Source of the DNA: a virus
Lineage: Duplodnaviria; Caudoviricetes
Reading direction: 5' to 3' (one strand)
DNA: 32,606 nt
Virus record (IMG/VR): IMGVR_UViG_3300005611_000125
Span: 1-32,606 of that record
A program made the position numbers and the translations under genes. The notes under the pieces were generated by a model, which saw only the letters and a list, made by a program, of their open reading frames with translations, was not told the DNA's origin and did no database searches. This document shows, piece by piece, positions 26,012 through 32,606 of this stretch (its first letter is position 1; each line of letters starts with the position of its first letter).

Positions 26012-26620
26012 ATGAAGAAGGATTACTACATAGAGCGGGTGTCCAAAAAAGATGCTGAGTCACTTCTTTTAAACCATCATTATCTTAAAGATATAAGTAA
26101 AACTTACAAAAGCGGATATAACTATGGACTTTTCAAGCATACTGAATGGGAATGTCCTCTTAGGATTGGCGGGTGTCTTGGTGTCTGCATTTTTACTGGA
26201 CTCCCAGTTCCAGAAATTGCCAGGGGAGCATTCGGACTAGAAAGAGATCAACAGGAAGGTTTATTTGAACTCTCTAGATTATGTGTTGATCCAGATCTCC
26301 AGAAAGAAGAGTATAATATCACTTCTTGGTTCGTTAGTCGCTGTATCAGGAGGTTTAGGAAAGATGCAAATGTTCGCTCTATTCTTAGCTATGCTGACTC
26401 TGCTCACCATAGCGGAATCATTTACCGTGCGTGCAATTTTACATACTATGGGTTGACTGCCCCTAAAAAAGACTTTTACTATGCTGATGGCACCAAACAC
26501 TCAAGAGGTAGTGTAAAAGGTGTTGACGGAGAGTGGAGAGATAGGACTAGAAAGCATAGATATTTGATGGTTTTTGACAAGTCTTTAGATGTGCTTTGGA
26601 AGGAGCAGGAATGGATGTGA
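26012..26620 (+). CDS. mom: Mom-like (GNAT-fold) DNA adenine modification enzyme
   Basis: HHYL...G.C.F..P...FELSRLC...SWFVSR.IR...ILSYADS..H.G.IYRA.NF.Y.G...KHRY matches the phage Mu Mom family pattern; TAAATA at 25987-25992. Confidence 0.75.
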   Translation: MKKDYYIERVSKKDAESLLLNHHYLKDISKTYKSGYNYGLFKHTEWECPLRIGGCLGVCIFTGLPVPEIARGAFGLERDQQEGLFELSRLCVDPDLQKEEYNITSWFVSRCIRRFRKDANVRSILSYADSAHHSGIIYRACNFTYYGLTAPKKDFYYADGTKHSRGSVKGVDGEWRDRTRKHRYLMVFDKSLDVLWKEQEWM

Positions 26621-26626
26621 TAAATA
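26620..26626 (+). promoter_or_regulatory. Late promoter ATAAATA for the tail fibre gene
   Basis: About 30 nt before ATG 26656. Confidence 0.65.
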
Positions 26627-26655
26627 ACTCATAACAGAAATATAGTGCGAAGAAG

Positions 26656-29600
26656 ATGCCTCTCAGTCGCTTAGATAATTTCCTGAAGAATGCTCGCGGT
26701 AACATCCTATATGTAAATCCCAATGATTTAGATGCTACTGATAGCATTGAAAACCAAGGTAATTCTTTAGCCCGTCCTTTTAAAACAATCCAAAGAGCAC
26801 TGCTTGAGGCAGCTAGATTTTCTTATCAGGCAGGATTAGATAACGATAGATTTAACAAAACAACAATTATGCTCTATCCTGGAGAGCACGTTGTTGATAA
26901 CCGTCCTGGATGGATTCCTGATGGTGCTAATAATTTTAGATTGCGAGATGGACAAACATCATCTGACTTTGAATCATTATCTCTGACAAGCAATTTTGAT
27001 CTAGAGTCTGATAATAATGTCTTATATAAGATGAATAGTGTCCATGGTGGTGTCATTATACCACGCGGAACTTCTATTGTTGGTTATGATCTTCGTAAAA
27101 CTAAAGTTCGTCCAAAGTATGTTCCCAACCCAGAGAATGATAACATTGAGAGATCTACTATCTTTAGAGTAACTGGTGGGTGCTATTTTTGGCAGTTCTC
27201 CATGTTTGATGGAAACCCAAATAGCACAGTATATAAAGATTATTCGACAGGAATTTTCGTTCCTAACTTCTCTCACCATAAACTGACTTGTTTTGAATAT
27301 GCTGATGGTGTTAATAATGTAAAAATTAACGACGCATTTATCAGCGACTTTGATGCTGGTAGAACTGATCTTGAAATGTATTATGAGAAGGTTGGTTTAG
27401 CATATGGGCCTTCTTCTGGTAGAGAAATTTCCCCAGACTATCCTTCTTCTGGACTTGATATTCAACCTAAGATTGATGAATATCGTATTGTAGGCCCAAC
27501 GGCAGGTTCTGTTGGTATCAGTAGCATTAAAGCAGGTGATGGTGCAACTGCTACCACAACTGTCACTGTTACACTCTCTACAGGATTATCTGGATTAGAT
27601 GTAGATACTGCATTCCAAGTTGATGGTATCACTGCTTCTGGTTATGATGGACAGTTTGTTGTTAGTGATGTTTTAGCCACTGATAGTAATGGAACAACTC
27701 AGTTCCAATATAAGGTTTCAAACTCTCCAAACAATCCTCTACCTGCAGTTACTGGATCTGTAGTAAGATTACAGGTAGACACAGTAACATCTGCATCTCC
27801 ATATATCTTTAACATCTCTCTGAGATCCGTATTTGGTATGTGCGGACTTCTTGCAGATGGCAACAAAGCAACTGGCTTTAAGTCAATGGTTGTTGCACAG
27901 TTCACTGGTATTGGATTGCAGAAAGATCCAAATGCATTTGTCAAGTACGATGCAACTAGTGGTGAATATAAAGATGCAACATTCACCAATAATGAAAATA
28001 TTAATACCGATTCTAGGGCGGTTTATAAACCATCATATGCAAACTTTCATATTAAGTGCGTAAATGATTCTATTCTTCAACTTGTATCCATCTTTGCGAT
28101 TGGATATGCAGAACATTTTTCTGTAGATACTGGTGGAGATCAATCTCTTACAAACTCCAACTCTAATTTCGGATCAAAGGCTCTTGTAGCAAAAGGATTC
28201 AAGAAAACAGCATTTGCAAGAGATGATGTTGGATATATCACAAACATTATTCCACCTAGAATCAATGAAGCAACTGATGTTTCTATTGAGTTTATAGCAC
28301 TTGATGTTTATCAAACTGCTGCTGGTGTTGGATCGACTAGTCGTTTATACCTCTATAATACGACAAATATTGATGCTCCACCAGAAAATGTTGTTGGAGG
28401 TTATAGAATAGGTGCGAAAGAAAATGATAAGTTAAAGGTTTTCATTTCTGGTACAGAGCGTTCTGCAAGAATTGTAATGCCAGATACTGAGTTGTCATCA
28501 ACTCAGAGTACGTATAAAAAGAGCTTCAGTGTTGGAAGATCTGCTGGAATTAATAGTATTTCCTCAAACACATTAACTCTTACCGAAGATCATTCCTTCC
28601 TACAAGGAGAAAGTATACGTATCATTGCAGAAAATGGACATCTCCCAGATGGTTTATTAGATAACTCCCTTTATTATGCTATCACTGATGGTGTTAATGC
28701 CGACGAAATTAAAGTTGCAAAAACACTTAATGACGCAACAAATGATACCCCTGTTACCATCAACAATAAAGGAGGTATTCTTAGAATTGAGTCTAGAGTA
28801 TCCGATAAGAACTCTGGAGATATTGGACACCCAATTCAATATGATACTTCTGCTTCACAGTGGTATGTAACTGTTGGAACAGCAGCAACTGACAATGACA
28901 TTTATTCTACTCTTGTAGGTTTAGGAACCACTGCACTGGGTGCAGCAACTCCTAGAACATTCATTACCCGTAAACCAGATGCTAGATCAATTTCAGACAC
29001 GATCTATCGTCTCCGTTATGTAATTCCTGCTGGTTCTGGAATCACCTCAGCGAGACAACCTCAAGATGGATATGTTATCCAAGATTCTAATTCTACCACT
29101 GGTGTAAGTGATACTGAGATTGCAAAATACTTTAGTCCAACCTCTGCAACTCTGAGCAATGTAAGTGAACTTAGAAACTTTAAGTTTATTGCTCATGCAC
29201 ATTGGAGTGGAAATACTGCCAACTTCTTAGCAGAACTTCCTCACAAATTAAGCGTTGGTTCTAAAGTTGAGATTAGCAATGTAACGAGTTCTAATAACCC
29301 TGCTGGTGTTGGTAATTCTGGATTTAATGGTACATATACCGTCACAGGTATTACAAGTGCTAAAGAATTTACCGTTAGCATTCCATCTACTGTTGGCCCT
29401 GGAACATTTACAAATAACACTGCTTCTAGAACAACAAGTTTACCATCATTCGCTCAGAAAGAATATAACAATACATATTCTATCTACAGATCTCAAGAAA
29501 TTCAAGAATATGAACCTGGAGTACAAGATGGTATCTATCACTTAATCCTTACAAATCATTCAAATTCTCCTTCCGTTGCACCATTCTCAACCGATAGATA

Positions 29601-32574
29601 TAGTCAACCAATAACAAATCTCTATCCACAATTAAATAGAGATAATCCTGTATCTGATCCAGATGCAGCAAAATCTTATGCTGTTGCTAGTCCAATTGGT
29701 GAGGTTGTTATAGATGAACCACAATCATCTATCACCAAAGAAACTAATAACAAGTTCCTTAATGATAGAAATGTTGGTTTTGGAATTACATTCATCCAAT
29801 CTAACTCTGCAGGAACTGCACACACTATTTTCACTGAAATTGATCATGGACTTAACAGAGTTGTTTCTGTAAGTATTGCAAACAGTGGAACTGGATATGG
29901 TAGTGGAAGTGCTGGGTACTTCTATAATGCTAAGTTAGTATCTGCTGGTGCTGCTACTACACAAGGTATCAATGCAAGTGCAAGAATTCAAGTTAATTCT
30001 TCTGGCAATCTTGTAAGTGTAAGAATTATGGATGGAGGATCCAACTACACTGTTGGTGATTCTCTACAAATCGTTGGTGTTACCACAACCGCACCACACG
30101 TAACTGGTATTGTAACTGTAACTCAGATTTATAATAACGTCGGTGATGTGCTTGATATTGGAGGAATTACTCCAAATTCAAATCGTGAGTTCAATACCGT
30201 TTACAAAATTACTGAAGTTTCTGGTTCGCAGGAAGTTAAAGTTTCTTCCGCAGGAACTATCGGTGCTGCATCTGCAGGAGTTGGAGTTACTGAAACTGCC
30301 AATGCAGTGGCAGTTCTGACTGGACAAGCATTAGATGTAACGGCATTTACATATAATTCCACCACTGGTATTGGCATTGTTACCACTGCTCAAAGACATG
30401 GATTCCTTGTAGACAATCAGATCAAATTAGGTGGTGCTGATAATCCTCTCTATAGAAATAATTTTGTTATTAAGAAGATCAATTCCCAGAACTCCTTCAA
30501 CATTAATGTTGGAACTGGAACTACTGCTCCTGCAACTTCTGGAACCATTACTGCATATAGACTCGGATATTCTGCACAAGCAGGTATCATTGAAACCAAT
30601 CGAGATGAGAATATTGGAGGAAGAACTCCATTTGAATATGCTGGAATCACAACTACAATTTCCTCTCCTATCACAAGTGCAACTACAGAAACAATAAACA
30701 TCAGAGATCTTGACAAGTTAGATCTTAAGATTGGTGATTTCTTGAACATTGGCAGAGAACTCTTAAGAATCAAATCCACAGTTTCTGGAAGCAGTGCGAT
30801 CACTGTTTTTAGAGGAGTTTTTGGTACTCAAGCAAAAGCACATGCTGATGAATCTGTTGTCAGAAGAGTTATTTGTAATCCTATTGAATTCAGAAGAAAC
30901 TCTATTATTAGAGCGTCTGGACACACATTTGAGTATGTTGGATTTGGCCCTGGTAATTATTCAACGGCACTCCCAAGTCGTCAAGATAGAACTTTAACTG
31001 TACAGGAAGAGTTAATCTCACAATCCACCAAGCAGGATGCAGGTATTAATGTTTATACTGGCATGAATGATCAAGGTGACTTCTATGTTGGTAATAAGAA
31101 AGTAAGTTCTGCCACTGGACAAGAAGAAGTATTTGATACTCCAGTGCCATCTGTGACAGGTGAAGACATTAGAACCGGAAGAATAAGTGGACTTAACATT
31201 GGATTTGATGTTCTTACTCCTCTTGAAGCATCAATTAGTCGCTCACTTAGAGTTGAAGGTGGCCCAAACGGCAACATTATTTCGGAGTTTGATGGCCCAG
31301 TTATCTTCAACAATAAGATCACTTCAAACTCTAACAAAGGTATTGAAGCAGCGTCAGTCTTCTTACAAGGCGATCAAGGCGATATCACAGTTTCTAGAAA
31401 AATAACTGCTGGAATCGCAACTCCATCTCTTGCAGGTAATTCTGGAGACATTGTATTCAATGCAAATCCAACTAGCGGCGGATATCTTGGATGGATCTAC
31501 ACTAATGAAAATGACTGGTATCAGTTTGGTGCAGTTAGCAATAATCAATCATCTCAGGTTGGTATCTTTGCTCAGGTTGGTATTGCAACCACAACTCCTG
31601 GACTTAATACTCTTCAGGTTGGTGCTGGTGCATCGATGGTTGCTATTGATGGTGATGGCGTTGGTATCGGAACCACAGCGAATGGGTTACAATTACAAAT
31701 AGAAGGTAACGCAAGAATCAATGGATCTCTAGATGTTGGTGCTGCTACCACCATCGGAGGTAACACTTTAGTCAGTGGTGTTCTGACTGCAACTTCATTT
31801 GTCGGTGACGGTTCTGGACTTACTAATCTTGCAAATGATTCTTTATTCGCTCCTACTGGTGTTGGATTTGGAACTGGTATCTTCCCAATTAATAATCTTC
31901 GCGTTGGTATTGGAACAACTGTTCCTGAATTTGCTCTTGATCTTGGAACCACTGGAACTGGATCTACTGACATCAAGGTAAGAAATAATGCAATTATTGA
32001 TGGTTCTTTATCTGCTACTCATGTCAATGTAAGTGGTGCTTTAACTGCAACAACTTATACACTTGACAGTACAAACAGTAATATCACTGCAGGTATTATT
32101 ACTGCATCTAACATTGTTGTCGGTACAGCACTATCTACTTCAGGTGGTAATGTTGGACTTGGAACTAATAATCCCAGAGCAAAACTTGATGTAGAAGGAG
32201 AAACCAAGTTTAAGACTTATTCCGAATATGTTGAGACACTTGACATCACATCTGGTGTTGTTAATGTTGATCTTTCTATCGCACAATCTTTTGAATTGTC
32301 TGTTGATGCGGATGTTACCAACTTTAAGTTATTCAACCCACCTTCTGGCGCTACAGCGTTCACGATTAAGATCACTCAAGATTCTACTGGTGGATACTCT
32401 GTTGGAATTGCAACATTCAAAAACAGTCTAGATAGTGATATAGATGTCAAGTTTGGCGGTGGAATTGTTCCAATCGTTACCACCACGGCAGATGCAACAG
32501 ACATTTATTCATTCATGACATTTGATGGCGGAACAACACTGTTTGGTGTAGTAGGAGGACAGAACTTCACATGA
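26656..32574 (+). CDS. Large tail fibre / virion structural protein (1972 aa)
   Basis: MPLSRLDNFLKN..G.ILYV...PFKTIQRAL start typical of cyanophage fibres; repeated H.[LF]..G..[VI].I beta-barrel units; VGIGTT.P repeats; C-terminal TQD.TGG...DIYSF.TFDGG module. Confidence 0.75.
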   Translation: MPLSRLDNFLKNARGNILYVNPNDLDATDSIENQGNSLARPFKTIQRALLEAARFSYQAGLDNDRFNKTTIMLYPGEHVVDNRPGWIPDGANNFRLRDGQTSSDFESLSLTSNFDLESDNNVLYKMNSVHGGVIIPRGTSIVGYDLRKTKVRPKYVPNPENDNIERSTIFRVTGGCYFWQFSMFDGNPNSTVYKDYSTGIFVPNFSHHKLTCFEYADGVNNVKINDAFISDFDAGRTDLEMYYEKVGLAYGPSSGREISPDYPSSGLDIQPKIDEYRIVGPTAGSVGISSIKAGDGATATTTVTVTLSTGLSGLDVDTAFQVDGITASGYDGQFVVSDVLATDSNGTTQFQYKVSNSPNNPLPAVTGSVVRLQVDTVTSASPYIFNISLRSVFGMCGLLADGNKATGFKSMVVAQFTGIGLQKDPNAFVKYDATSGEYKDATFTNNENINTDSRAVYKPSYANFHIKCVNDSILQLVSIFAIGYAEHFSVDTGGDQSLTNSNSNFGSKALVAKGFKKTAFARDDVGYITNIIPPRINEATDVSIEFIALDVYQTAAGVGSTSRLYLYNTTNIDAPPENVVGGYRIGAKENDKLKVFISGTERSARIVMPDTELSSTQSTYKKSFSVGRSAGINSISSNTLTLTEDHSFLQGESIRIIAENGHLPDGLLDNSLYYAITDGVNADEIKVAKTLNDATNDTPVTINNKGGILRIESRVSDKNSGDIGHPIQYDTSASQWYVTVGTAATDNDIYSTLVGLGTTALGAATPRTFITRKPDARSISDTIYRLRYVIPAGSGITSARQPQDGYVIQDSNSTTGVSDTEIAKYFSPTSATLSNVSELRNFKFIAHAHWSGNTANFLAELPHKLSVGSKVEISNVTSSNNPAGVGNSGFNGTYTVTGITSAKEFTVSIPSTVGPGTFTNNTASRTTSLPSFAQKEYNNTYSIYRSQEIQEYEPGVQDGIYHLILTNHSNSPSVAPFSTDRYSQPITNLYPQLNRDNPVSDPDAAKSYAVASPIGEVVIDEPQSSITKETNNKFLNDRNVGFGITFIQSNSAGTAHTIFTEIDHGLNRVVSVSIANSGTGYGSGSAGYFYNAKLVSAGAATTQGINASARIQVNSSGNLVSVRIMDGGSNYTVGDSLQIVGVTTTAPHVTGIVTVTQIYNNVGDVLDIGGITPNSNREFNTVYKITEVSGSQEVKVSSAGTIGAASAGVGVTETANAVAVLTGQALDVTAFTYNSTTGIGIVTTAQRHGFLVDNQIKLGGADNPLYRNNFVIKKINSQNSFNINVGTGTTAPATSGTITAYRLGYSAQAGIIETNRDENIGGRTPFEYAGITTTISSPITSATTETINIRDLDKLDLKIGDFLNIGRELLRIKSTVSGSSAITVFRGVFGTQAKAHADESVVRRVICNPIEFRRNSIIRASGHTFEYVGFGPGNYSTALPSRQDRTLTVQEELISQSTKQDAGINVYTGMNDQGDFYVGNKKVSSATGQEEVFDTPVPSVTGEDIRTGRISGLNIGFDVLTPLEASISRSLRVEGGPNGNIISEFDGPVIFNNKITSNSNKGIEAASVFLQGDQGDITVSRKITAGIATPSLAGNSGDIVFNANPTSGGYLGWIYTNENDWYQFGAVSNNQSSQVGIFAQVGIATTTPGLNTLQVGAGASMVAIDGDGVGIGTTANGLQLQIEGNARINGSLDVGAATTIGGNTLVSGVLTATSFVGDGSGLTNLANDSLFAPTGVGFGTGIFPINNLRVGIGTTVPEFALDLGTTGTGSTDIKVRNNAIIDGSLSATHVNVSGALTATTYTLDSTNSNITAGIITASNIVVGTALSTSGGNVGLGTNNPRAKLDVEGETKFKTYSEYVETLDITSGVVNVDLSIAQSFELSVDADVTNFKLFNPPSGATAFTIKITQDSTGGYSVGIATFKNSLDSDIDVKFGGGIVPIVTTTADATDIYSFMTFDGGTTLFGVVGGQNFT

Positions 32575-32606
32575 TAGGGTTCAGGGCAATAAGAGCAATG
32601 CCAACG
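32571..32606 (+). CDS. 5' end of the next gene (MIGFRAIRAMPT..., truncated)
   Basis: ATGA overlap with the fibre stop codon; AGGAGG at 32553-32558; open to the window end. Confidence 0.45.
   Translation, partial: MIGFRAIRAMPT

Noticed and set aside
2770-32431. Many 60-170 aa antisense or alternate-frame ORFs in the track that lie inside the long genes
   Set aside because: They are shadows of the biased codon usage of the real genes and show no recognisable protein motifs.

Overview
This window is part of a T4-like cyanophage (marine Synechococcus/Prochlorococcus myovirus, Kyanoviridae-type). The assignment rests on T4-type baseplate and tail genes, TAAATA late promoters and a phage-type CP12. 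Bases 1-23651 are a late structural module: gp48, gp2-like, gp4, a tail-tube-fold gene, gp26, a 56-aa gp51-like ORF missing from the ORF track, two tape-measure-like proteins carrying peptidoglycan hydrolases, a gp27-like hub, CP12, gp5-N, a 2134-aa PA14-repeat protein, a gp5-C-like spike and two paralogous tip proteins. Bases 23648-26620 are an island opened by a perfect sigma70 promoter; it holds small ORFs, tRNA-Leu(UAA), tRNA-Thr(UGU), HNH and GIY-YIG homing endonucleases and a Mom-like DNA-modification gene. A 1972-aa tail fibre follows. The main non-obvious signals are: (1) a complete -1 ribosomal frameshift cassette that would fuse gp26 to gp51, like lambda G/GT or P2 E/E'; (2) RNA structures that could silence each homing endonuclease until its late promoter fires, including a hairpin with two separate antisense segments; (3) an apparently split gp5 with a giant lectin-like insert containing a 155/156-nt identical repeat. 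All protein calls come from motif recognition by eye; no searches were run.
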